NCBI RefSeq assembly: GCF_964204645.1
Contig: NC_134029.1
Span: forward strand, 11,558,850 to 11,622,849
Source of the DNA: Tubulanus polymorphus
Lineage: Eukaryota; Animalia; Nemertea
DNA length: 64,000 nucleotides
Direction of reading: 5' to 3'
Of the stretch, positions 23,001 to 35,408 are shown piece by piece (position 1 is the stretch's first letter; every line of letters starts with the position of its first letter). A program made the position numbers and the translations under genes. Under the pieces are notes generated by a model. That model did not search any database. It was not told the DNA's origin and saw nothing but the letters and a program-made list of their open reading frames with translations.

Positions 23001-24374
23001 TTATACATGAACGTTCAAATAAGATATTTTGCGTCTTGCAGGGAATATTGATATATTATAGTGTTTAAGTTGGCTTGCACGGTTTGTGAATGGGTTTTCC
23101 TCATTATGCTGCCTGTATGCATTAAAAATCCGGATTTCAAGCGAATTAATTTGTCCAACAAGTGGCCGCAAAAGGTAGAAAGTTTCTTTTGTCAAATGTC
23201 GTATAGCGCCGCTGCGGTCGAAAATCGAACTAATCTGTCAATTCGTTAATTTTCTAAGTGAGAAGACGCCGCGTTCAGTTCGCAGTGCACTGTACGTACA
23301 GTTTTTCGATACACTGCTGTTCAGCAAATTTGTTTTGAAGTTGAAGTTCACAGCGCGCTATTCAGTTTTCAGAAGTAGAGGGCTAAAATAACATCATTCG
23401 TAAGATCTCAGATTGAATATTTTCATTAAAAAACATATATAAATTAAATATTATTACACTCTTCCATTCGTCCAATTCTTCCAATTCGTCCAATTCGTCC
23501 ACTCGTCCACTTATAAGAATTCTAAATTCTAACATATTCATATTTTGTAACTAATATACTTTATATTTTCAGCTAATATGATTTATATTTTCAGCTCATA
23601 TATTTCATATTTTAACACTGGAAAGGTAGAAATTATATTCAAATTTATATTTATTTTTATAGTAATTCTATGAGTCTATCAGATAAATATCATATTCTTT
23701 ACGCAGCACTAGAATATGATATAATTCTTTAAATTGATACTAGCTATTGTCTCTATTTGCTAACTGGGTTAAATAATATTTTAAATCGATCCAAATAGAA
23801 AAACCTTAGAATTGAATAAGTTAGTGTTGCTTAAGAATCTTATTGTTTTTCTAATGTTTTTTTATTAATTCTTGTTTACTTTAAATTTCTTTACATTTGA
23901 CTAGAAAAACAATAAACTAACTAACTTAGTATCACTCGTATTATTCTAGTCTGCGTAAAGATACTACCAATATCACATATTAAAAGATTACGTATTTAAT
24001 ACATTAATACCTCAACCCCCCTTTTAATTAACTAATATTTCAGCCAATATATTTTATACTTTCAACTAATTTAACAGTCTGATTCTTAATTTATCATTTA
24101 GTTTATGAATATACAATCTACTCAATTTAATGCCTAAACAGTTTAACAATTTAACACTGAATATAAATTTATAAAATAAAATGAAATTATTATTTGAAAT
24201 ATTATAGAATTTAGATTGTGTATAAGTGTACGAGTGTACGAATTGGAAGAATTGGAAGACTCGTACCATTCGTACTATTCGTACCATTCTTCCAATTGGT
24301 CCACTCGTACCATTCTTCCAATTATAAATTATAGTATATTTCTATAAAAAGATTATTTTTTTTTATTTTCAAAC

Positions 24375-24677
24375 TTAATTTGAATTATAAAATTTTTCAT
24401 TAAGTTCATGAATATAATTGTGATTTCTTAATGATTTTTCATTTTTATATCTTTTATTACATATTTCACAGCATTTAATATTATTCAATCTATCTGAGAT
24501 ATAATTTATATTATCTTTTAAGTCTGTATATTTAATTTTACAGTTATCATAGAATTCTAACAGCTGTTTCAAACTATAAACTGAAAAAGAAACCATTCCA
24601 GAAACCATAATGATTAACTTCATATTCTGTTGATTATTATATATAAGTTGTAATAAATTTAATATATTTTCACTCAT
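24375..24677 (-). CDS. Small protein: hydrophobic segment, coiled coil, C2H2 finger
   Basis: LIIMVSGMVSFSVYSL; CEICNKRYKNEKSLRNHNYIH. Confidence 0.5.
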   Translation of the reverse strand: MSENILNLLQLIYNNQQNMKLIIMVSGMVSFSVYSLKQLLEFYDNCKIKYTDLKDNINYISDRLNNIKCCEICNKRYKNEKSLRNHNYIHELNEKFYNSN

Positions 24678-24681
24678 TTAA

Positions 24682-24897
24682 TTATTCGATTAATTCACTA
24701 ATCTGATTCAATATTAACTTTTTATGATTATTTTCATTTCCATTTAATTTCTCTAACTTTTTACTCAATTTCATGTTTTCATTCATTAGATCTTTACTAA
24801 TATTCTCGTAATAAAAGTAAAGTGCAGCAAATATTAAACCTCCAGCAACTAAATAATGTTTTAAATCACTAATTCCGGTTGGAATGAAACCATCCAT
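24682..24897 (-). CDS. Small membrane protein with coiled-coil tail
   Basis: ATG start, YLVAGGLIFAALYFYY hydrophobic helix, 4 bp from the next ORF. Confidence 0.5.
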   Translation of the reverse strand: MDGFIPTGISDLKHYLVAGGLIFAALYFYYENISKDLMNENMKLSKKLEKLNGNENNHKKLILNQISELIE

Positions 24898-25068
24898 TAA
24901 TCTAAGAAAAAAATTAATAAATTGATAAATATTTAATATTTTATAATCATTTTTAAGATATCAAACTTTTATATGATTAAATCAAATAACAATTAAACTT
25001 ACTGTCTAACAGTTATTCATTAACTAATTTCTCAATGTTTTAACTATTATATATTTGAAACATACAGC

Positions 25069-25374
25069 TTAATCTTTTTTCAATATACATTTATTATTCT
25101 TTTCATATTCGATATGTTTAATTGTTTGATAATGTTTTGATTTATGTGATTTTAAATATTTACCACCACAATCACAATACACTTTCTCATTAGAATTGAC
25201 CTTTTTAAATTCATCATCTAAATTACATTGAATTCCAATATCTTTATAAGAATTATTATCATTAACTGATTCACATTGAATTCCAATATTTGATGAATTT
25301 TCATTATAGATAATTTGTTTATTATCAAAATTGAAATAATATAATTGTCTTTTTTCAATTCTTAAGTTAATCAA
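25069..25374 (-). CDS. Small protein with C-terminal CxC...H...H zinc finger; N-terminus may extend upstream
   Basis: KVYCDCGGKYLKSHKSKHYQTIKH; repeated IGIQC motif. Confidence 0.5.
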   Translation of the reverse strand: MINLRIEKRQLYYFNFDNKQIIYNENSSNIGIQCESVNDNNSYKDIGIQCNLDDEFKKVNSNEKVYCDCGGKYLKSHKSKHYQTIKHIEYEKNNKCILKKD

Positions 25375-25539
25375 ATCATTGTAACTTTTAGAAAGTATTA
25401 AATCACTATCTCTTTCATTAAAAGGAATTTGAAGAATATTTATTATGTTTTCATCTAAATTACCTTTACAATTTAAAACTGTATTAAATATTTTAGGATT
25501 TTTAGCACCAACAAAACTTTTATTAAAATAAATCTAACT

Positions 25540-25880
25540 CATACAATTATTCAATGTTAAAATATGAATTATTTCACTCACACTTTACTCACACATTTTA
25601 TGTTTAAAAATAAGAATCTAACGCATATAAATATAAATATTCAATGTTTTAAATATGAATTATTTTACTCACACTTTACTCACACTGTTTATGTTTAAAA
25701 ATAGAATCTAACGCATATAAATATAAATATTCAATGTTTTAAATATGAATTATTTCACTCACACTTTACTCAAACTTTTTATGTTTAAAAATTGATCTTT
25801 TATTATTCGAAATCTATATTTGATCTTATTTATCTAGATTATTATGCTAACACTTTACTCACACTTTTAAAATATGAAAT
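25540..25880. repeat. Tandem repeats of about 90 bp containing CACACTTTACTCACAC
   Basis: About three copies of AATATGAATTATTTCACTCACACTTTACTCACAC...TGTTTAAAAATA...AATCTAACGCATATAAATAT. Confidence 0.85.
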
Positions 25881-26039
25881 TATTAGAGTATATAGGAAAG
25901 TCGTGGTTCAGGCCAAAGGTCGAAGGGTCGAGCTCTTAAAAAATAAAAATAAATTCTCGCGTCACGTCCGATAGCTCTGAAAGCAAACTAAGAAGTGACC
26001 GCGTCACTAGTGTCAAATGATCAGTGTCACGGATATCAA

Positions 26040-26562
26040 GATCGGCCCTCTCTCGAGTCCTTTTACGGGGCAATAAGTTGAATCGGGTCCTCTCACGGGA
26101 CAATGTTTAGAATCGATCCTCTCACGGGACATTGTTTAAAAAATCGGGGTCCCACGGGACGACAGTGTGTCAGAACCGGGTCCTCTCACGGGACTATAAA
26201 ATTGGGGTCCTCTCGCGTGACAGTGTGTTGAATCGGGTCCTCTCACGGGGCAGTATTTGAAATTAGGTCCTCTCACGGGAAATTAGTAAAAATATGGTCC
26301 TCTCACGGGGCAGATTTACAATCGGGTCCTCTCACGGGACTACTAGGGAATTGGGGTCCTCTCACGGGAATTATTTAAAATCGGGGCCTCTCACGGGACA
26401 CAGTGTGTTAACCCGGGTCGGCGCTCACGGGACATTAGGCCTATTTAAAATCAAGGTCCTCTCACGGGACAGTATTTGAAATTGGTTCCTCTCACGGAAC
26501 AGTATTCAAAATCGGCCTCTCATGGGGGTGGTATTTTGAATCGGGGGCCTCTCACGGGACCT
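26040..26562. repeat. Minisatellite with GGGTCCTCTCACGGGACA core, period about 31 bp
   Basis: Roughly 16 degenerate copies; one inverted core at 26808-26826. Confidence 0.9.
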
Positions 26563-27406
26563 ACTAATTCAAACTTAGATAACTTGAAGTCCTTTTGCAA
26601 TCTGCGTGGAATTCATCTCCTATCCCTGGCCCAGCAGTAAATTAGAATATATCGGCATTTATCTATGTATAAATGTTAAAATGTTATAATTGCAATCGAC
26701 TATAATTGAATTGTATTTATAAATCGTTAAAGCGCTGAATGCATAAGAATATTGGGACTCGAAACCGCTAGCATTTAAATCGACGTTTCATGTAAGAATT
26801 CTACATTTGTCCCGTGAGAGGACCCATGTCTCGTCGCTGCAGTTATAACTTATATGCTGCTTGTTTATGTTGGTTACTGTCACTCTTAGTTAGTTACCTA
26901 ATCGTTGGTGGTAAGCTTTTTATAATTGGATGGGCTTATACCAACGGCTTATATATGTGGTTTGTGAAAATATCCGATCGTGAAACTAAACCACAGACAG
27001 GTACTGACTGACTCTGACCTACTACTAGTAGCCTACCTGCTGACGAGTGCCGAACACAACCAACTACGATACGAAACTATTTTTCTGTCACAACATCGTG
27101 AGTATGAATGAATGATCAGATAATTTCTGTTTGCTTATCTGTCAGGCGCGGATCCAGGGCCATACAGTGACTACAGCACAGTGAAAAAAGGGCACCAACT
27201 TTGAAAAGGGCCAGTATTAATGGCCAGCGAACGAGTTTGAGTTTGGGTGCTATTCATTGGTCAATGGTATCATGCCACTAAATTTGTCTTCACGTTTGTG
27301 CCTTTTTTAGATTTTTGGTCGAAATTTGCCCTTTTTCGATTAAATTTATAGAGCGACAATAATTTCTTTTTAAGAATAGTTCTCTTTTGAGTAAAAAAAT
27401 GCCTTA

Positions 27407-28728
27407 AGCCTGGCGCACACGAGGCAATTTTTAGTCGCCTGTTGCTGCAACCGATCTTTGAGCAACCATTGAGCAATCGAATGCTTGGTGTCGCCCGTGT
27501 GCTACCACTGGAGACGGACAAGCGATTATTATCTTTCCTGGCAAACATCTGTATCATTAGTTAGTTACCTAATCGTTGGTGGTAAGCTTTTTATAATCGG
27601 ATGGGCTTATACCAACGTTAGGGATGACAAGGGCCAAAACTCGGTTGAAAAAAGTAACACTTCAAAAATATACTTTCTATTCACTTCAGTCCATAATTAA
27701 TGGCTCAATTCACAAACTAACACAGGTACCTTTCGAAATAATCCAATTTTATGTATGTTTCGAGTGATTAATCAACATTATTTTGAGAAATTAATTAATT
27801 TCTCAGCAAATTTCGCCATTAGCCGCCATTTCTCTGTATTGCACATGTGGCATGATAAGACAAGGGGACCTACAAGGATTTTTATAAAACTTCCAAGACG
27901 AAACGACAATTTTTATTTTTGATGGTTTTCCAACTTACATTTCAAATCTTCGTGTTTTCCAAGATAAATAATGAAGTAATAAATTTTGGTAAAAGAAAAA
28001 TGGGAATAAGTGTTGATTTCTTAATTTTTTCAATTTCGTCGTTTCGCTTCGTGAGTTTGTGCTGTTGTCCTGGCCTCAGTCCACAGGTGCCAGCACCTCC
28101 AGTAATTTTCAAAATGGCATCTGTTGACTGGACGGAAATTTACTCTCACTTTACGGCCGATTTGCACATGGATTAAGATCGTCAGGTGAGGTGTTATAGG
28201 TATCAGACAAACTACGAATCTGTTGTGCGTCGATTACAGCAAAAATTAGACGGATATCTTAAGAGACAATGAAATGCCAGGCAAATTACTCGTCAGTCAA
28301 ATTGGCTGACGAAGATTTCATACAAAAATGACCTTCCCATTCCTGACTGTGGTTTGTGAAAATATCCGATCGTGAAACTAAACCACAGACAGGTTACTGA
28401 CTACTGTATCATGTGACTTGTCAAGATGGTCACGCTACAGCCTCGACTGGTGCCGTATTTGGTTAAATCACATGATAATTATTCGCTCTCTCATTGGCTA
28501 GTTGATGAGTCGCTTGTCGCTTGGTGTCTCTAGCTACCGCACACGGGCAACTCCCGAGCGATCGCCGAGCAATTTCTCGGCGACAAGCAATTTTACGTCG
28601 CCCAATATCAAACATGTTTGATATTGGGCGACACGGAGCAATTCCTTTCGACAACGAGCAATCGCTGTCGCCGCAGACGAGCGATTTTTTCGTTCGACGC
28701 CGAAACTGTCGCCCGTGTGCGCCGGGCT
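27407..28728. mobile_element. PIF/Harbinger-type non-autonomous element
   Basis: TIRs AGCCTGGCGCACACG / CGTGTGCGCCGGGCT with TTA on both sides. Confidence 0.75.
27556..28030 (+). repeat. Dispersed repeat (copy at about 36755-37223, fragment at 26886-26946)
   Basis: Starts ATTAGTTAGTTACCTAATCGTTGGTGG; collinear copies. Confidence 0.8.
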
Positions 28729-30749
28729 TTAGATTGCCTTTTATGATTTTGGGCAATTTCTTTCATTCACATTTTGCTTTAGGCCTAGTACAGACAGGCA
28801 ATTATTTTTATATGATGCACGAATTATGTGCCCTTTTATTTACTTTTTTCCCGAAACATAAATTTTTCAAGGGCATTTGAAAACTGCGACTACCGCATGT
28901 GCTGCATGTGCGATAGTCTGGATCCACGCCTGTTACTAGTGAACTACAGGGTTATTGTCGCTGGTGGTTTGACATAGGCTAAGCTTATACTTCCAATAGG
29001 CCAACATGTAGGACCAATATTTATTCCTTCAGTAGTTAAATTCAATAGTTATGCACTTGTTCTATCTTTGAAAAATTATAGGCTACATTAGGCCTATTAG
29101 AATATAACTATGTTATAGGCCTAAGTTCTTTCAATAATTTAGTAATCAATAATTTAATTTCAATCACATGTCATTGTGAATTGTGACCCAACTCTAATGA
29201 TTTCATCTTTAGTGTTTAATATTTACTAATTTTGTTGACAATATTATTATAATTGATTTGATATACATTTAAATGTGTAAGTGAAGTAACCAAATAACAT
29301 TGACTCTCATGTAGAATTAATTTTCAATATTCATGGAATACATAATTAACCGGGTATTGTTTTCAAGATAGGCACTTGCTGTGGTGAGAGCTAGACTTGC
29401 TGTGGTGAGAGCTAGACTTGCTGTGGATCGCTTCCGCCATCCACAGCAAGTCTGAGAGTAAATTGCTGTAGATGACAAATTCTGAGATTCGAACTCTTAA
29501 GAGTAGACCTAAGGTTCATATAATATTTTTGAGTTATAAATTTTTTAATCAGGGGATCTAAAATAGTATTAATCATTAGCGGGACGTCGATTCAGCAATT
29601 AATTTTTCAAGGGAGAGCCGATCAGCCTTTTCCGAAAGGGAAATGTGTATCCGTGCAGTTGCAAAAAAAGTTATCACTAATAAAAGTTATTGAAAAGTTG
29701 ATAAATGAAAAATAACTTAAAGGCCTACGTTGTTTTCTGAATACTTATAGATTCTTAATTAGGGTTTTCTGTTACATCACAGAAAACCCTATTGAGATTC
29801 GCGTGTTTCTTATTATAATTTTATGTCACACTATTTTCACTAAAAGAACTAAGGCTTTGTAACCTTGCCGCTGTTGTCGATACAATCCGTATGATATCGT
29901 TCAGCTCACTGAGATCTACTTCGCGTGTTTTTTCACGAATCATCATTACAAAAGCACCGTCGGGCAGTAAACATCGAAAATCTAGCCCCATTAAATGGGG
30001 CGACATGTTTTTCGAGTCGTCATCCCGAAATCAACCCGCAGGCCGATTGTCACTTCGATTATCAATTCAAGTTTAAATGAACTAATTTATTGCCACAGAC
30101 TTCACATTCAGCCGCGGTCTTCAAACAGTAATTTTAACAATAGCCCATTTTCCTCATTAAATCATATTACTGATACACTGGAAATTTATTACTTTAGATT
30201 TTCAAAGCACTGTCGAGCTGTAAACAACGACGAATCGACGTGTGTCACTACATCGTCGTTCCGGGGATCAGCTGCGAGTTTCTCCTCATGAGAATCAAAT
30301 CGAGTACAAGTTAATTTATTACTACCAGTGATTTGGCTGCAGGTTTCAAGGAGTTAGTTTAACGATACCTTTTTTTCTTTACCAAATTAACCGTGTATTT
30401 ACTAAGACAAATCTTTTGTGTACCGGGGAGTCGTAGGCCTAAACTAAACACGCCGAAGAGATATAGCGGAGAAAAGCTGTTATGTCGACGAGGTATCAAA
30501 ATAAAAGAATATATTGCTTTATTCGGCCGCGGGTTTCAACCTCTATATCAATACCATTAATACTCTATATTTCCTACAGCACATACCGATCACTGTCAAA
30601 TGCACAAGGTATTTACTAAATACAAGTATATAACACACTCCTATCCGTATGCTGGACTCACACTTGACATTCGGAGTAAGCGTTCGCTGTGGGGGAAAGG
30701 AGATCGTTCGCTGTGTCGCTTGAAGATTTTATCGAGTTTTACGCGACCT

Positions 30750-32303
30750 TAAGGCTTTAGGCCTACCGGTACTAACCTTTACTGACTCAAACAAACACAT
30801 TATAATTGTTGCTTTTATTAACGGACTCATTGGATTGCACTTCAAAACAAAATTTACGATATTTAGGAGGGTTGTTATTCAATAGGCCTACGACCAATCT
30901 GTCCGGATGTTAGGCCTACGCATATACATAGGCCTACATAGGCTAGTAGCCTCTACTAGGTTAAAGCTAAGTTCACTGTAAAGGAGGAATCAGATTTATT
31001 AAAATGCATGTTAATTAGTGATTAACTGGTTGTGACTTGCAACGATCAATCACAATAATCAATTTTATCGGCAAAAGTGAAGATTTTTTTTTGAAAATTT
31101 CGTCTGAGCAGACAGCTTTATAAGCCAGACTTTTCATTTGAGTTTTTTCATCATAAATAAATTGGTATTTCATTAATTGCTAATGACTTAAGCCGCACAT
31201 CGGTCAGCTTTGCGACGGCTTGTGACTCACTGCGACGCCATTAACTGCGACCGCCAGCAACGATTGTGTCGCAACGACTCATCGACCTACGCTCCCTTGC
31301 GACTGTCAGCAATGCCAGTCACAAGGAGTCGCACGTGTTCTACTTTCTGCGACGCGACAATCGTATCGCAACCGACTTGCACCGAAACTTGCGATGCAAC
31401 GCAATGATCGCATCGCGTCGCAAGGCCGACCTACGTCCGGCTTTAAGTTACTGCGGAGCCCCAGAAATATCTTTTTTTTCGTTCAAAAGACCTTTCGCTT
31501 GAAAATTCTTTCGTCGGAACAAAATTTATTTCGTTCGAACTAATAATAGGCCTATTCTGTTCGATTGAACCAATTTGAATCAATCGTTAGAACAAAGTTG
31601 AACGAATTTTTTTTGTCCAAACGAAAGGTTTTTCGTTCGAAGAATCGTTCGGTCGAACAGAATTTTCTTGTCAGATCATTAATTTTTTCGTTCGAAAAAG
31701 TATATTGTAAAAAGTTTTTTCTCCGAACCAAAAGTATTAAGTATTTCGTTCAATCGAACAGAATTGTTTTCATTCAAACATTCGTTCGAAAAATTGTTTT
31801 CACTTAATAAATTTTTTGCCGGGACAAAAAGTTTTTTTTGTCAGATTGAAGAAAAGTTTTGGTTCAAACAAAAAGTGTATTGTTCGATCAAACTAAATTG
31901 TTTATATTCGAACAGGATTTTCTTGTCGGAACATTAAGTTTTTTGGTCGAGCGACGTGTTAAGGTCGTTTTGGAAATTTACTCGGTCTGGTATATTTTGG
32001 ATTACTGTGTATATCATTTGTCAGGACATTAAACAGAAGACGACTTAGGATACTACCTTGCCTGACTCCACTAGTTAGACCGACTTATTCCAAGATGAGG
32101 TGTACCGTTGATTTCGGCTACAAGTTTTAGTTCAGAGATAACTGCTGAGCCATTTGAGCGACCTATCATTAATAATGTTTCCTAATAGCCTGGTTAGTAA
32201 TGCCTGATGTTGTGCCTTATCAAATGCTTTGTCGAAATCCACCGTTGAACAGGATTCTAAGACTGTGCAGAAAACCCGTTATCGCTGCTTTGCAGCTATA
32301 TTT
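30750..32303 (+). repeat. Left arm of an inverted duplication (partner 39701-41449)
   Basis: Same order of unique flank, Harbinger MITE, TTCGAAC-rich repeat and RT relic in reverse complement. Confidence 0.85.
31191..31442. mobile_element. Harbinger-type MITE rich in TGCGAC/GTCGCA
   Basis: TTA|AGCCG ... CCGGCT|TTA; longer copy at about 40710-41038. Confidence 0.7.
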
Positions 32304-32392
32304 TTATTTGTGTTATGTCTACTTAGGCCTGATCATGGAAATCCGATGTATTTGCAAAAGGGGCCTACTTGGAACAATTAAGTATCGGTATT

Positions 32393-32838
32393 CGGTCCTC
32401 CTTATAACCGAGATGACGTATTTTACCCAGATGAACCGAGATGACATGAAATATAACATATTTATTTATTCCTTATCGATTTTAACTCTTGAAATCATAT
32501 TATATCAGTAACAAATGCCTGCTGGAGTCATATTTTACATAGGCCTATTTTGTCGGATATTTTTGTAGAAAATAACTTTTAACTTTTCCGAGATGAGATC
32601 GCCGATCAATCAAATTCAATGAAATTTTATTGCTAACCGAGATTGTGTTTGAAGTCAAAATTTTTTTAAACAAAATATTCGGAAAAATATGTAAAATATG
32701 ACTCTAGAGAAGGTATCTAATACTGATATAACATGATTTCAAGTGTTAAAATCGATAAGGAATAAATAAATATGCTATATTTCATGTCATCTCGGTTGAT
32801 CTCGGTAAATTGCGTCATCTCGGTAATAAGGAGGACCC
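32393..32838. mobile_element. Palindromic MITE
   Basis: GGTCCTCCTTAT... inverted at ...ATAAGGAGGACC, arms over 150 bp; flanks TCGGTATT / CCGGTATT. Confidence 0.85.
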
Positions 32839-34339
32839 CCGGTATTGAATGAAGGATATTAAATAGAATATATTTGAATAAGTATTGATACAGTATATTT
32901 GAACTTGAATTGAGCCCACTAGGTTTTGGTATTGGAAGACACCAGGAGGTTTGGTCATCTTAATATATGCTGTGGCGCTGTGGCAAAAAGAAGTGTTAGG
33001 GTTTTCAAGTGAAAATTTTCCAAACCCTATAACGTGAGGGAATTCGGTTGACGCGGGGATACCCGGTTGGCATGATTCCCAATCGTGCAGTAGTATTTCC
33101 CTTTCAGCGCGCACCTGTTGACGGGTTTGTTTACATAGCAGATGACTGATGTCAGTTCTATGATTTGTGGTAGGTATTACCTAATATAACACGAAACCAT
33201 ATAAATAAGACTGATAGGCTAATGTAAACATAACGTCAATTTCATAAGTATTAGGCCTATCGACGGATTACGAACGGCTCAAAAAGCCGATATCACCAGA
33301 TGGTTGCTAATGTAAACAATTCACACGATCCCCGTTGTTCGTCAATTACAGATTTTACATTTCAAAGGCCTCTCAAATTTGTGTTTTTTGTGTGACTTTG
33401 GTGTGAGTATTATCAGCAAGATTACAGGCCTAAGATTTTCGTCCTGCATTCCTCCTACAAAACACAAGCATTGACTAGTGACAAAGAGGAAATCTTAGTA
33501 AATTACATCCAGTTGTCGGCGGAAAGACATTTTGGAAGTTATTGTAAACAGGGGAATTGAGCCCTACATCATACAGGTATTTGGTCTCTTAGAAAATACA
33601 TATCATGCATAGAATAAATTGTTAGAAATAAGTCAATGGAGAAATTTCTCTACTTTCAGATTTGTTCAACTGATCATACAACCTGCATGGCAGTGCGTCA
33701 TCTAGCTTTAAAAAACGGCAGGGTTGTTTATTGGAGGAAAATATCATTGTTAAGTACGCCGAGAATAACCATGTTGTATCATCAATCAGTTGACTGACAG
33801 TTTATTGTAAAATTCTATTGGTTCAGCTATATTCTAAGATAAGTTTTCACTTTAAGATGCCCTGCCCGCCTCATGTGCACTCATGAGATGGTAGCAGCCC
33901 CTTACGCACTCGGCAGATAGATGCACTTTATAATGGGCGCCGGGAAAAGTAACTTATCTTTTCCATGCGTTGAACACACAACAATGATTAAAATTACACG
34001 TTGTTTGTCTTAAAATGCAATGTCTTGATGGTTATTTGCCACTGTGACTGCTGTAGTTTTTTGGAATAATGAATCGAGCGGCCTCGTTAGCTCAGTGAGA
34101 TAAGGCGTGATGCTGTTGCATCCACTTTCAGTGCTGAGTGACAAATATGTTCAAGTCCTGCTGGCTGCTTACAGTGTTCGGGAAACACTTCAATGGCCGT
34201 CCCGTCGTGAGGAACAATCCAATAGGGTTAAAAACAGAACATTTTCTGGCAGGGGTTAAGAATTAATACCTTTCCATACCTTAAAGAAATCCCTACTTAC
34301 CTACCCATTTTGGTGATTGCCCCACCTCAAGAACAGGAT

Positions 34340-35235
34340 TTTAGGCCAGCCATAGGCTGAGCCTATTACTATACACATGGAGCGAATTTAAATGACATGA
34401 TTTCCATAGCTAAGGCTCTATGACTGTGCAACTGAGCATATATTCATACACATCATTCATTAGAGCATTATCCATTCTCCAACCCCTACGAAGCTGAATT
34501 TTGAAAGAGGGCCTCGTTAAAATTTATATGAGCTTTTTGGCGAAAATCTGAATATAAAATATCTGTTTTAAAACGCCAATCAGAAAGCAAAGACTCCTAT
34601 ATGATTGGCTTAGCCGCAGAGATCAGCAGGTGTTCACGTGAAACCGTGGTATTGTCAACTGTTTTACTTCCAGGTTTTATTTTAAGATCTAAAATTTTAT
34701 TTCAATATCGATTTCTGTGAAATCTTTAGTTGATTTGGTTTTTGGGAGGAATATTTTTATTTGCACTACAGAAAATATCATTGACATTTGTGCAAAGTCC
34801 GGGAAAAATAGCTTTTTCTCAAATCGGATGGATGACCCTGATATGCTAATTAGCCATGTGCTCAAACCGCAAATTCAATCAAATTCTATTAAAAATATCA
34901 AATCCAATTCAATTTTACTTTATTGAACAAGGTTATACAGTAAATCCAATTCAATTTTGTTTTATTGAGCAAATTTCAGAAAATTAAATTCTATTCCGCA
35001 TTCAAATCAATAAGACGAAGGGAAAAGATATATCTGAGGTATTTGTTCCTGCCAGCTCCAGTCGTGTCTGTGCTACCTATGAAAGCACGATTAAATTGTG
35101 TGAATTATTAGCCTGGGATTGACTAGTCTATCGAGCTGGGTGTGTATTTGGACAAATTTAACCCACAGAATGCATCATTTGCCATTTTATGAAAAGCTGA
35201 CAGGCTGGCCATAGTGCCCCTTGGGGCTCTTGTTT
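34340..35235 (+). mobile_element. Helentron-type non-autonomous element (copy at 50691-51535)
   Basis: T-run start, subterminal GGCCAGCC/GGCTGGCC, 3' hairpin GCCCCTTGGGGC, T-run end. Confidence 0.65.
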
Positions 35236-35408
35236 TAGTGTGACCTAAACTATAAAGATTTATTATCCTTTACCTAAATCTGACTAGTTATAGATACAGT
35301 TTCAAATATAGAAAATTTCAAAAAATATTTGCTATGGGTAAATGTAAGTCTGATTAAATTTCATTGATTTTTCAGCTTTCAGTGCCATAAATGTAAGAGA
35401 AAGTAGAT

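Larger units (their letters stand above)
23430..25960 (-). mobile_element. AT-rich virus-like/Polinton-like island with small intronless ORFs
   Basis: Abrupt AT enrichment; closely packed minus-strand N/K-rich ORFs; upstream motifs shared with 12590-12860. Confidence 0.55.
27143..28932. mobile_element. hAT-like non-autonomous element carrying nested insertions
   Basis: CAGGCGCGGATCCAG ... CTGGATCCACGCCTG; TSD not clean. Confidence 0.6.

Noticed and set aside
26040-26562. CRISPR-like array
   Set aside because: Linkers are short and related to each other, repeats are degenerate, no cas genes, eukaryotic context.
27040-27095. Hammerhead-like CTGACGA...GAAAC...GTC
   Set aside because: Stem II has a mismatch and stems I and III do not pair convincingly.
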